This document shows, piece by piece, positions 11,182-22,270 of a stretch of DNA of 64,000 bases. The number at the start of each line of letters is the position of its first letter. Position 1 is the first letter of the stretch. The translations under genes were made by a program, and so were the position numbers. The stretch spans positions 640,001 through 704,000 of the forward strand of contig CAWJQQ010000001.1 in NCBI GenBank assembly GCA_963845065.1, read 5' to 3'. Origin of the DNA: Nitrospirota bacterium. Its GTDB lineage: Bacteria > Nitrospirota > UBA9217. Below the pieces are notes generated by a model. It searched no databases. It was not told the origin of the DNA and saw only the letters and a program-made list of their open reading frames with translations.

Positions 11182-11724
11182 TTAGATAGTCGGCAGCTTC
11201 GAGGCCACCGATACCTTGCTCAGCCTGACACGCCAGCGTAGCAAGCCAACAGCGTACGTGATATAGTAACCCGTTAGGGTGCCAAAGATCAACAGAGTGA
11301 GAGGGCTGCGCACAAAGTCCGACGACGGCGCAGAGACCGGAGTCGCCGTAAAGTAGAGCTGTGCAGCACGATAGGCGATGCGGCCGAGGAACAGAAGCGA
11401 TAGGGTTACGCCCAAGTGGGCGTTCGGTGTATAAAATAAGCCCGAAAGTGTTTGTTCGAACTTGGTGAGCCGAAGCCCGTAAAAACCGAGCGCGGTACCC
11501 AACCCCACGCCAGCCGCTACCACCAACACGGTACCAAGATGCGCAAAGGATCCGAAAAGTAGTAGGACGAGCACTACGGGAAATAGACACACGGTAATCC
11601 ATGGCCGCACTTCTGATAGTTGCTGACGACCAACCATACGGCGAACACGCGAGTACACGCGCCAGACGATGAGTGCGGCAAAACCGACCGAGACAATCAA
11701 AGAAGGATGGTTTACGAATGCCAT
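11182..11724 (-). CDS. DUF1453/CcdC-like membrane protein
   Basis: RVRRMVGRQ, LTKFE, YTPNAHLG motifs; hydrophobic. Confidence 0.7.
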   Translation of the reverse strand: MAFVNHPSLIVSVGFAALIVWRVYSRVRRMVGRQQLSEVRPWITVCLFPVVLVLLLFGSFAHLGTVLVVAAGVGLGTALGFYGLRLTKFEQTLSGLFYTPNAHLGVTLSLLFLGRIAYRAAQLYFTATPVSAPSSDFVRSPLTLLIFGTLTGYYITYAVGLLRWRVRLSKVSVASKLPTI

Positions 11725-12059
11725 GGGTAACTCTAATGCCTCATGCTTTGAGCAGTCAATTGCTCAACACGCTAAACAGCGTGGGTTCCGACTATCAGAA
11801 TAATTGTTACCCTAAACTATCATGAATATATTCCTGATCAGAGGCGATGTCAACACTGTCGTACGGCTTGCCCACCGTCACTTAAGTGTCGTACGGGAAT
11901 GTCGCTTGGGTATTTTAGGGCCATAGATGTTGTCGAATACGGGTCAAGGCAGTTCTTTGAACTTGACATTATTGACGGCAGTTGGAGGTGAGGTCTTACC
12001 ATTTCCTTGAACCGTAATTCAAGGATTACGTAATAATGATCTGTTTTCGCGTGGTGCCG

Positions 12060-12520
12060 CTACTGGGCTTTCTGCTGGATATCCTTGACGGTGGCGTTAT
12101 TCAGCAGTTTTATGAACTTTGGGTTGGAGGTAAGCGCGGGTATATCTCCTTCGTTGACAGCCTTCATGACTTCGGGATCTTCTAAGGCCTTTTTAAAATC
12201 CGGATCGTTCTGGAGCGACGGGATCAAGCCCATGATTTCCATGTCGCCCATCATCTTTTGCTGAATCGTCTTTATCTCTATTGTTGAAGCGGTGTTTGTG
12301 TCTGAAAACTTCACACGGATCGAGCGAATCTTCGATTCTTCCAATTTGATGGTTCCAAGACTATCCGATCTGACGGTATAAACACCGTTAGTCAAGGACA
12401 ACACCTCGCCAGTGAACGTGCTGCCGTGGTCAGTACGATCTGTCGAAGCTCTCCGGCGGAAGCGTTAAGGGTGAAAAGAAACAGCAGCAAAATGCCTGAA
12501 AACATCACGCGCACCGTCAT
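12060..12520 (-). pseudogene. Secreted hypothetical protein, frameshifted near N-terminus
   Basis: AGGAG-ATG at 12520, signal peptide, shift near 12430 into GSTFTGEVLSLTNGVY frame. Confidence 0.6.
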
Positions 12521-12723
12521 CTCCTAAAATAAAAAAGTGTGTCTATTAATGAAAATTTATCTTGATTTATTGCACCTGTCAAGGCTTAATGTTGGTCATG
12601 CAGGGCGGTGACAAGATCGCGACGGCTAGTTCCGCGTGCACTATGCCCTCAAAGTCGGTTGTCAAATCTAGCCTGGCGAGCGAAATAAGAAATTATAAAA
12701 AAAATTGATCTGGCTTATAAGCG

Positions 12724-13368
12724 CTATTCTTTTTTCTCTGGAACTTCTTCCGGAAGATCAGTCGAGGGAGCATCTCCGACATGTTCCATAAGTTTATTTA
12801 TGGCTTTTATCGCCTTGGCAGTGTCCTTCCCTCTTTCCTCAGACTGATGCTTTACCTCGTCAACAGTCCCGCCGACTTTTCGAATCATACGAACGGTGTC
12901 CCCAGCATGAGCGATGAGAATATAGAGTGCTACTGCCCACAAGAGACTTATGCGAACCACTGCAACCACTTTATTGTGATTAGTGTCAATTATCCCGAGA
13001 ATAATAAAGGCAAAGCTAGCGCTAACAACAATAATTGCCGTTAGAAGCAGGCGATTATTGAAAAAACTTTTTTTATCGCGAGTATCGGTTGCCTTATCAT
13101 GGGCTATCACCGGAACCCGCTCGTAATTTCCAGTCGGATGTCCTGCTGCCTGCTGGTTTTGAATTGATTGGTGGTTCTCTTGATCTATATCGTCACTCAC
13201 GACTTTAGCGCCAGCGCGGTACTGTTCAGGGATGGATTGGAGATCGTTTGTAATAGTGACCAAACCGTTCTTGTCTAAATACTGATAGATAGCTGCATAA
13301 CAATCTTGTGCGGATAAAAAAATAAAAACGTAATAAAGACTAAATAAAACCAAGGATTTTGTTCTCAT
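12724..13368 (-). CDS. DUF4124 domain membrane protein
   Basis: Signal peptide, IYQYLDKNGLVTITND..IPEQYR, two C-terminal TM segments. Confidence 0.75.
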   Translation of the reverse strand: MRTKSLVLFSLYYVFIFLSAQDCYAAIYQYLDKNGLVTITNDLQSIPEQYRAGAKVVSDDIDQENHQSIQNQQAAGHPTGNYERVPVIAHDKATDTRDKKSFFNNRLLLTAIIVVSASFAFIILGIIDTNHNKVVAVVRISLLWAVALYILIAHAGDTVRMIRKVGGTVDEVKHQSEERGKDTAKAIKAINKLMEHVGDAPSTDLPEEVPEKKE

Positions 13369-13679
13369 TGAGAACCTCCGAGTTATTTCGTATTATCAAA
13401 ATTCTACGTTTGTATCTTCTGATTGTTGTTGTTTTTTTAAAGTATTTATAAAAAAAATCCAATGATAAAAACGTCAGGATTATGTCGGTGAATATTCTAC
13501 AAACCACGTTTTCCTTCCTGCCCAGCATATGATAATCAATAAGATTCATATCAAAAATGTGTTCTCTTGGCACGTCAATAAATTCAAAATGTAACATGGT
13601 CTTTCAAAAAATGCAACTTTACTAGCCTGCTAATATTATTTATATTATTATTGTAGAAGAGTAGCAAAAGTTAAATTAG

Positions 13680-15170
13680 GAGGCTATAATCTTTCTTGAT
13701 TTAAATCCAGCTGGCGAGTTGGTAAGTAAAAAAGTGAAAGGAGCATAGCCTTGAACATTATTAAAACAAAAAAACAACGGATAGTCAATGGAAAAATTCT
13801 TGTTGTAACGGTTGATATGGGCAAAGACAAGCATTTTGGATACTGGCGCTGTCCGGACGGAACTGATGTGAAGCCTTTCGCCTTCTCGAACAACAGGACA
13901 GGCTTCTCTCAGTTCTTTGAATGTATAACCATGGCCAAGGAAATTCATCATCTCGAGGAAATTGTTTTTGGATATGGCTCCATCGGCTCATATGCGGAGG
14001 CCTTGGTGCATTTCATTAGAGCGCAGGGTGTGCGACTGGTGCAGGTGAATCCCATGCACACCAAGAGGATTAAAGACCTTCAGGGCAATCTCCAAACAGA
14101 ACCGACGCGAAAGACTCGAAGGTCATTGCCGACATCATAGCTCTTGACCATGCTGAACGCTTTAATCCCAGAAGGTTCTGCAGCCGAGCTTCGAAGACTC
14201 ACCAATCTAGGGAGGGGAACAACCATCGCCATACGGCACTAGTGAACCAACTGCAGGGGCTGGTTGTCATCATTTCCCCGGAGTTTATACAAGTTATACG
14301 GGATGTGAAAATACTCACTGCTCGGTATATCCTTAGGGAGTGCCCAATCCCCCCAAAATATTGTCGCATACGGCTCGATAATCTGGTGCGGACGATCAGA
14401 AGAGTGAGCCGTGGAAAGCTGAAGGAAAACCGCGCAAAGTGGCTCTACGAGGCGGCGAAAGCGTCTAACCGAAGTCCAAACGAGCATTGTCCGCGAGATA
14501 CGAGAGATTATTTCCCTTATGGAAACTGTTGAGGGTTTTACTGAGGGCTTGGAAAAGGAAATGATCCATTTCCTGAAGCAAATCCCCTATAGTCGTACGA
14601 TTCTTTCGCTCAAAGGGATCAAAGAGATCACGGCTGCTGGCCTTATCGGCGAGATAAGTGATTTTCAAAAGTTTAATATGCTCTCAGAAGTCATGAAGCT
14701 TGCCGGTCTGGATCTCTTCGAGATCAGTTCCGGAAAGCACCAGGGAGGCGACACATATCCAAGAAAGGTCGTCCGCTTATGCATAAGCTCTTGTACTTTG
14801 CCACATTTAACACGGTTTGTAAGGGTGGCATGATGCATGATCGATATCAGCAATACCTTGATCGGGGAATGCCCAAGATAAAAGCATTAATTGCCGTTGC
14901 TCGGGAACTTCTCGGCATCATATTTGCCATCGTACGTGACCAAAGTGTATATAGCGAAGACTTTTCAAGAACATCGTTGCAACTCGAGGAGGCTGCATAA
15001 ACCCTATAGTCTTGTGTGTAAGCGGGGAGATTACCTATCCTGAATCTAAGGTGGTTTAGCCGACCTTCACAACAGTCTAATAACTCCCCCACTCACAGGG
15101 TAAAGCTAGAAATGGAAATAGCGGTTTGAACTTAATTGGAAAGTTTCCCGGAATCACCGTCAGGAATGAG
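13680..15170 (+). mobile_element. IS110-family element, transposase (13751-15000) multiply frameshifted
   Basis: VTVDMGK, VQVNPMHTKR, LSLKGI..AGLIGEI, AGLDLFEISSGKH, ALIAVAR in different frames; boundaries approximate. Confidence 0.85.
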
Positions 15171-15182
15171 TCGGAGGTAAGT

Positions 15183-15662
15183 ATGGAAAAAGCAAATGAT
15201 GCGATCGGACGTAATGATCTTTTTGAATTAAGTCGTTTCATAAGTGCACAAAACGAAGTCTATTATCGTGTTCTTGAAGAGTTAAAAAATGGTGCAAAAC
15301 GAACGCATTGGATGTGGTACATATTCCCTCAGATTGATGGCTTAGGACACAGTCCAACTGCAGGATACTACGCCATAAAAAGCCTGGAAGAAGCTCGAGA
15401 ATACCTAAATCACCCTGTTCTTGGTTCAAGGTTGGTGGAATGTGCAGAAGTAGCTTTGGCCATTGAGGGACGATTAGCTTCAGAAATTTTTGGCTACCCA
15501 GACGAACTGAAGCTTAAGTCATCAATGACGTTGTTTGCGAGTGTTGCAGATTCAGGTTCAATATTTGCTCGTGTTCTTGACAAGTACTTTCATGGAGAGC
15601 GAGATGTTCGGACACTTCAGCTTTTAGATAAACTCGAAGGAAAACGGAAAAATAAAACTTAA
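15183..15662 (+). CDS. DUF1810 family protein
   Basis: ELKNGAKRTHWMWYIFPQI, YLNHPVLG, IFGYPDELKLKSSMTLF. Confidence 0.9.
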   Translation: MEKANDAIGRNDLFELSRFISAQNEVYYRVLEELKNGAKRTHWMWYIFPQIDGLGHSPTAGYYAIKSLEEAREYLNHPVLGSRLVECAEVALAIEGRLASEIFGYPDELKLKSSMTLFASVADSGSIFARVLDKYFHGERDVRTLQLLDKLEGKRKNKT

Positions 15663-15990
15663 AAAAGAATATCTTTTTGCATTCTGTATTTTATTGGGAT
15701 ACTTTTAAGTGCTTAGCACAGCAAGATTGTAGGTGCAGCTCGGAGAGCCAGGGTCACCGAGAAAGTGAAGAATTCCTTTTGAAGATTTTAGCCAATTGTA
15801 CATCCTGAGACTCTCACAACTTGCACTATATTTAAAAAGGATGCGATATGACTGCTGTAATTATTATATGTGTATGATGAGAGCCGGGTAAGTTGCAATC
15901 GCCACCGCAGCATCTATCATAGTACCGTCATGACCTTCACGTTTCAAGCCATTTCGCTGGCCCTGGACTAAGACTGCGGCTTTTTTCTTT

Positions 15991-16133
15991 TTTATAAAAC
16001 CTGTCCTTGAATACCCAGCAGTTCTACTACTGGGATGAAAAGGACAATCCTGACGAAGTCAGGATAAGAATCTGATTGGTTTTAGGTTCTATCGGTTTTG
16101 TTGCCCCGCAGCTCTGCTGCGGGGTAATTCACT
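15991..16133 (+). repeat. 143-bp palindromic MITE (IS200/IS605-derived), copy A
   Basis: Three hairpins; reverse complement of 24647-24789 with 3 mismatches. Confidence 0.9.
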
Positions 16134-16280
16134 TCTGACACCATTTGATAGAATGATTCTTTGACCTGCCATTAATTATCCACCCGGGCTTGTGATATAA
16201 TTTTTAAAATTATCCATTTGCTCAGCTTATCGTGTTGTTCTCACTCCTTTGTTGCTGATGTATCGAAAAGGTAAGATGAC

Positions 16281-18278
16281 ATGCCGAGGGACATACCAAT
16301 AGGGAATGGCTCCCTATTGATTCTGTATGACAAGTCAGGGCTTGTTCGGGATCTCTGTTTTCCAAGCGTGGGCAGCGAGAACCACAGCCAGGGTCATGTT
16401 TTCAAGGTCGGCGTCTGGGTGAACGGTGCATTCTCCTGGATCGACGAGGATGAATGGGATCGGTCATTGGACTACGAAGATGACACCCTCGTGGCGAGGA
16501 TTGACCTTGTGAACAAGGCCCTCGGCCTGGAAATTATGATGAGGGATGTCGTAGACTTCCACGAAAATATCTACGTGCGGGAGATTGTAGTAAAGAATGT
16601 CTCGTCGCAGCCAATGGAACTTCGTCTCTTCTTCCATCATGATTTCCACATCTACGGATCGGATATCGGCGATATGGTCTGTTTCAAGCCGGAAGAGAAG
16701 GGGCTTCTGCATTACATGGGGAGAAGATATTTTTTCGTTAATGTCCTGACAGAACATGGTGTCGGTGTCTCCCAGTTCGCCACCGGCGTAAAGGAGTCCA
16801 AGGGGCTGAGCGGAACATGGGTTGATGCCGAAGACGGCGTTCTTTCTGGCAATGCCGTTTCACAGGGTTCCGTGGACTCGGTCTGTGCCGTGCACATGGC
16901 GATCCCCCCCGACCAAACATCGCAAGCCTACTACTGGATGGCGGCCTGCGTTGACTGGAAAGGGGTGAAGCGGCTGAACGATCTCGTCGTCCGGAAAACG
17001 CCGGGATACTACATCTCAAGGACTGCCGATTATTGGAGACTATGGCTCAACCGGGAACGCATGAAATTCGGCGATCTTCCTGATGTCATTATCCGCCTTT
17101 ATACCAGGAGTCTCCTCATACTGAGAACACATATAAGTAGCAACGGCGCGGTCGTAGCTGCGAATGATTCCGACATCCTTCAGTTCGCCAGGGATACCTA
17201 TGCGTATATGTGGCCGAGGGACGGTGCACTTGCGGCACATGCCCTCGACGTCGCGGGCTTTCCGATACCCGCGCAGAAGTTCTTTGAATTCTGCGGTGAG
17301 ATCATCGGCAGGAATGGTTATTTCATGCACAAATATAACCCCGATGGTTCCCTCGCAAGTTCCTGGCATCCCTGGGTCCTGGAAGGAAAACCTCATCTTC
17401 CCATCCAGGAAGATGAGACAGGGCTCGTGCTCTGGGCGCTCTGGGAACATTTCAGACTGTTCAAGGATGTTGAGTTCATCAAGCCCCTGTACCGGAAGGT
17501 CATAAAGGCTGCCGCCGACTTTCTGTGCGATTTCGTTGACATTAGAACGGGGCTTCCTCTGCCCTCGTATGATCTCTGGGAAGAACGCCTTGGCGTTCAC
17601 ACCTTTACCACCTGTGCTGTCATTGCAGGGCTTAAAGCAGCATGTAATTTTACATCTGCCTTCGGTGAGGCAGAATTCTTGGAAAAATACCGAACAGCGG
17701 CTGACAGAATCAAGGGTGCCCTAGAGGATCATCTCTTTGACCATGATTCCGGGAGGTTCATGAATGGAGTTTCCGATCGTGCTGGCTCTCAGCAAAAGGA
17801 TTTTAGGCTTGATGCGAGTCTCTGCGGACTCTTCGCGTTCGGTGTTTTCCCAGCATCGGATGAGAAGGTTGTCAATACTATCGAGGCGCTGAAAGAAAAG
17901 CTATGGTGCCGGACGGAACTCGGCGGTCTGGCGAGGTACGAATTAGACCACTATCAGAGCGTGGTCGTGCCCAGCCCAGACATCCCCGGGAACCCCTGGA
18001 TCATCAGTACACTATGGTACGCACAATACTTGATTGAAAAGGCAATAAATAGTGCCGAGTTGCGGGATTCAATCGCCGTTTTGAACTGGGTTTGTGAGAG
18101 GGCGCTGAGGTCAGGGGTCCTCGCAGAGCAGGTTAATCCCTTTACCGGAGATGTGGTATCGGTTTCCCCCCTTATGTGGAGCCACGCTACGTTCATCATC
18201 GTGGTACAGCGGTATCTAAGTAAACACCGGGAAGTGGAGCGGTGCCCTACCTGCGGACAGCCGCTCTTACCAATGTGA
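16281..18278 (+). CDS. Glycoside hydrolase family 15 (glucoamylase-like)
   Basis: YAYMWPRDG, YDLWEE, LAEQ, SPLMWSHA. Confidence 0.92.
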   Translation: MPRDIPIGNGSLLILYDKSGLVRDLCFPSVGSENHSQGHVFKVGVWVNGAFSWIDEDEWDRSLDYEDDTLVARIDLVNKALGLEIMMRDVVDFHENIYVREIVVKNVSSQPMELRLFFHHDFHIYGSDIGDMVCFKPEEKGLLHYMGRRYFFVNVLTEHGVGVSQFATGVKESKGLSGTWVDAEDGVLSGNAVSQGSVDSVCAVHMAIPPDQTSQAYYWMAACVDWKGVKRLNDLVVRKTPGYYISRTADYWRLWLNRERMKFGDLPDVIIRLYTRSLLILRTHISSNGAVVAANDSDILQFARDTYAYMWPRDGALAAHALDVAGFPIPAQKFFEFCGEIIGRNGYFMHKYNPDGSLASSWHPWVLEGKPHLPIQEDETGLVLWALWEHFRLFKDVEFIKPLYRKVIKAAADFLCDFVDIRTGLPLPSYDLWEERLGVHTFTTCAVIAGLKAACNFTSAFGEAEFLEKYRTAADRIKGALEDHLFDHDSGRFMNGVSDRAGSQQKDFRLDASLCGLFAFGVFPASDEKVVNTIEALKEKLWCRTELGGLARYELDHYQSVVVPSPDIPGNPWIISTLWYAQYLIEKAINSAELRDSIAVLNWVCERALRSGVLAEQVNPFTGDVVSVSPLMWSHATFIIVVQRYLSKHREVERCPTCGQPLLPM

Positions 18279-18522
18279 CATCGTCCCAAGGTTTCTGCCG
18301 AGGCACTGGATGGTCGAGTCCCGGACTGACCACAGGCCGTCGACAATTAGCACAGGATCGAGGCAGTCGTTAGGGCGCGGATGGACGTGTGCGTCTTCGG
18401 TAGAATTCGTGCTGTTCTGATACATTTTCCCGGCTGACCATTTATCCTGCTGAAACAATAACAGTTGTAGTCAGAACGTGGTTCATCGCAACCCTATTCA
18501 TCGAGAGAGAGAGGAGCAGAGC

Positions 18523-20245
18523 ATGAAAACACCGGGTACGGGGAGTACTCATCGGGTCATTGGTTGGGGCAACGCTGACCGTAGCACTGATTGCCCTCTT
18601 TTACGCAGGGTGGCGGTTGGCAGACCTGCCTTTCGTTCCCTTTGATGTGTTCGACTGGATGACCCGCGTACTGCCGGGAGCCGTTATTGAATTTGTAATC
18701 AGTACCATGGTAACTGCCATCCGCGGGCTGCAACTGGGTCCCACATCTGTAGTCGCCAAGATCATTGAGCAGACAATAGGGATTGTCAATCTGTTTTTTA
18801 CTGGCGTCGTTGCTGGCAGCGTTCTCTTTGGCGTATTGCGTACGCTTCGTGGCAGATACGCCTACGTGTCGGGTTTATTCCTGGGAGTTCTCGCGGCCAT
18901 TCCTGCCGTACTCATTAGTTCTTTTCTAGGCAAGACTGCCGTAGCCCCTCCGATAGTCAGCGCGCTCTGGATACTGATCGTATTTGTCTTCTGGGGCATT
19001 GCAATCGCCTGGGCTTATCTGCGGTTGACCAGCTTCGCTACAACTGAACCGGGTACGGATCTCGAGCCTTTTGCACATCGGGTCAGCCGGCGCAAATTTC
19101 TGATCCGTCTTGCAGGGTATACGGCCACAATCACGGTGTCCGGGGCAATGGTGGGTTTTCTGTCTGAGCGCCACAGTCGGATGAAATTGGAGAGCTTGAT
19201 GCCCTGGTCCGCAACACACGTGCTGCCGAACGCCGGCGCCGCTGTCAAGCCTGCGCCAGGCACTCGGCCCGAATATACATCTTTGGAACGGCACTACCGC
19301 ATAGACATTAACACGACCCCACCCCAGATCGACGGAATGATGTGGCGGCTCAAGATCGGAGGACTCGTTGAAAAGCCTCTGTCCTTCACGCTTGACGATC
19401 TCCATCGCTATGAACCCATGCACCAGTTCGTTACTCTGTCTTGCATCTCCAACCCGGTGGGCGGAGATCTTATAGGAACGACCCGCTGGACCGGAGTCAG
19501 CCTGAAGAGCTTTCTACTCGACCTTGGCCTGAAGCCCAATGCTACGCATCTCAAAATCAGTTCGGCAGATGGATTCTGGGAAACCCTAGCCCTGGAGACG
19601 ATCATGGCCGACGAGCGGGTAATGCTGGCCTATGCCTGGAACGGGTTGCCGTTGCGTGACGATCCCGGCTTTCCGCTGCGGGTCTACATTCCGGACGTAC
19701 ACGGTATGAAGCAGCCCAAATGGATCGAGTCCATCGAGGCAATGGACCATTGGGAACCAGGCTACTGGGTGGTCCGCGGCTGGGACAAGGTCGCAAAGAT
19801 GAAGGCAACGTCCGTGATCGACACCATAGCCGTCGATATGACCATTATCAGCGCAGATCAGCGGAAACTGGTGCCCATCGGCGGCATCGCCCATGCAGGT
19901 GCCCGCGGAATCTCAAAGGTCGAAGTAAGGGTTGATGACGGCCCCTGGCAGGCGGCTGAGATCAGAACTCCTCTGTCACAAACGACGTGGGTGATCTGGC
20001 GATATGACTGGCCATTCCAGCAGGGCAAACACACTTTCACTGTGCGCTGTTATGACGGGAGCAACACCCCGCAGATCGTTAAAGCGATGCCGCCTGATCC
20101 CAGTGGTGCATCCGGACTGTTCAGCAAAAGTCAGAAACTCTTAGGTCTCCAACCAGACCATAGAAAAAGCTGCTTTGCGGTGGTTGTTACACCGCAATCA
20201 GGGCTCTCGGTACCTCGTATCTTGAAAAATGACGCAGTAACATAG
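18523..20245 (+). CDS. Membrane-anchored sulfite-oxidase-family molybdopterin oxidoreductase (probable frameshift at extreme N-terminus)
   Basis: TLSCISNPVGG, WTGV, GFPLR, GMKQPKW, GYWVVRGW; GAGGAG-ATG at 18523 is out of frame with the main ORF. Confidence 0.85.
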
Positions 20246-20279
20246 CGTGTTGCATTCCCGAAGGAATAATAAAAAAAAA

Positions 20280-20705
20280 TTACTGACCGAGCAGCGTCGT
20301 AAACGTATCATGATGACGCTCTTCATCGGCAAGGATTTCTGCAAAGAGGTGCCGCGTGGTATCGTCGCCTTCAGAAGTTGCCTGTTTAATGATGTCTTTG
20401 TAGAGCGTAATTGCCTCTTCCTCAGCCTTCCCGTCGGCCTTGAGCATCTGCTCCGGCGTGCCGCCCACTGCGATGGGGTTGGGCTTGGTAGTGGGGTTCA
20501 CGTCAAAATAGAAGAGTCGCTCCGCGATCTTCTCTGCATGTTTCATCTCCTCCACGGAGATATCCTCGAACACATCCATGAGAGAAGATGAGTTCAATCC
20601 TTTCACCATGATATGGTGCCACATATACTGGACGATTGCTTGAAGTTCACCTGCTATTGCCTGATTCATCATCTCCGTCAGTTTCGGGCTCGCCTTCTGT
20701 ACCAT
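20280..20705 (-). CDS. Bacterioferritin-like / ferritin-domain protein
   Basis: ELQAIVQY, EEMKHAE, EEEAI, DEERH ferroxidase ligands. Confidence 0.88.
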   Translation of the reverse strand: MVQKASPKLTEMMNQAIAGELQAIVQYMWHHIMVKGLNSSSLMDVFEDISVEEMKHAEKIAERLFYFDVNPTTKPNPIAVGGTPEQMLKADGKAEEEAITLYKDIIKQATSEGDDTTRHLFAEILADEERHHDTFTTLLGQ

Positions 20706-20889
20706 AATGCTCCTCCTTGTATGCTATTGCGTATTGAATTTACTGGTAGTTAACAAGACCCAAAAAGAAATGTTGCACTCCTATCGCTATCGCGACACGC
20801 ATCTTTGATAACTTACCACTCGGTGCCGGTAGTATGAATATTTTTCCGCACCGCGTAGCAGCTTATTATCTTTTCTCCGAAGCTATGCC

Positions 20890-21331
20890 TTACGCCGCTG
20901 CCTTAGCCCGTTCTTCAGAGGACATTTTTGCAAGGCGTGCCACTTCCTTCTCGTCAAGCTTAAGTCCTTTGGCAACACGACGGCCATAATCCAGATCTGC
21001 CTTGTAGAAAAGAGCTGTTTGACGCAGTTGGATACGCTTTTGTGCGCCGCCCAAATGGCCAAAAATATTATTAATCAGGTGATCCATGTCCGTATCTGTC
21101 ATTGCCTCGCGGTACAAATCACCGGCCTGTACAAAGTCATTGTTGGGGTGGGTATACTTCTGACGTGCGGCTTTTCCGGCGGCTTCGAAGGGTGGCTCAC
21201 TTACGGTTGGCTCTGGTTCTGGACCGCCAAAGCTGTTGGGGTAGTAATTGGGACTACCGCTACCGTTGTTGTCAAAACGCATGGCACCATCACGTTGATA
21301 ATTGTTCATGATCGCGACCTTGGGCGCATTA
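20890..21331 (-). pseudogene. Heme catalase C-terminal fragment
   Basis: NAPK..NNYQRDGAM..PNYYPNSFGGP..FVQAGDLYR..DYGRRV; catalytic domain absent. Confidence 0.9.
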
Positions 21332-21476
21332 TTATATCCATGGCGCTTGCATGAGACGTATCTTTTGTTAAATAATCAATAACCTCAAGTCTCTGTGGGG
21401 TCAACTTGTAACCTTTCTCCTTGAGATTTTTTATCAGTCGAATTTTAATTTCTTTCGATCTTTCAAGATATCTCAT
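21332..21476 (-). pseudogene. Fur/PerR regulator N-terminal fragment
   Basis: LKEKGYKLTPQRLEVIDYL..HASAMDI, truncated. Confidence 0.85.
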
Positions 21477-21524
21477 ATCGGAATGATTCCTAATTAGTTT
21501 AGAACTGCACATTCTATTTGTCAA
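21477..21524 (-). promoter_or_regulatory. Sigma-70 promoter with Fur/PerR-like palindromic operator
   Basis: TTGACA-17-TAAACT; palindromes GGAATcATTCC and TAGAA-N7-TTCTA. Confidence 0.6.
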
Positions 21525-21719
21525 GTAGCCTTTAGCTTTACTCTAGGCGTCAGCATTTTGCATAGCAATGCGAGAAATGCATTTTATCGTTATGTTCAGC
21601 AATAAACTGAAATGAGTGGGAAGGAGAAGACAACACGAAGTGTAATTTCAATAACTTCACGATTAATATTTGCGATCTTCGTATCTCCAACACTTGTAGC
21701 AACCTTAAAATATTTCGAC

Positions 21720-22270
21720 GTACAGATATTTGTTCATCGTAAATGGTCCAGCAAATTAATTAAATGGCTTGAGGAGAACCGCAAGGAAAAGGTTACTGAC
21801 AATGTCGCCTTTAAGGTGCATCTCCAGGAATTATTTCATATTAGTGGGATCACAGTTGAATTGAACCGAGGCAGTAGCGCTCTTGCTCAAACCGATGAAT
21901 ATGGGATAAATACGCAATTATTAAAAGATCGTATCGGGGATCAGCACACTCACAGCCATAACGTTTCTCACGGAGCTTTGTAATATAAATCGGTTTGGGT
22001 CACTCGACATTATTGCGAGCTATATCGGACTCATTCCCAACACGGACTCCAACGGAGAGAAGGACACTACGACAGGCATTGCCGATAGACGCGATTAAAT
22101 ACTTCGACATTTGATTATTGAAAGCTCGTAAATTGCAGTAAGGAAAGATCCGGTGTTGCAGATGGACTTCAAACGCTTCTCTAAAAACATGCAAAAAATA
22201 TAAACAATCATTCCGATCGCCAGAAAACATTGAACCACATCAGATACGTCCTGAAGAATCAGAAGGAGGA
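21720..22270 (+). pseudogene. IS110 transposase C-terminal remnant
   Basis: WSSKLIKWLEE, ASYIGLIPNTDSNGEK..LRHLIIESS*IAVRKDP..IARK with stops. Confidence 0.7.
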
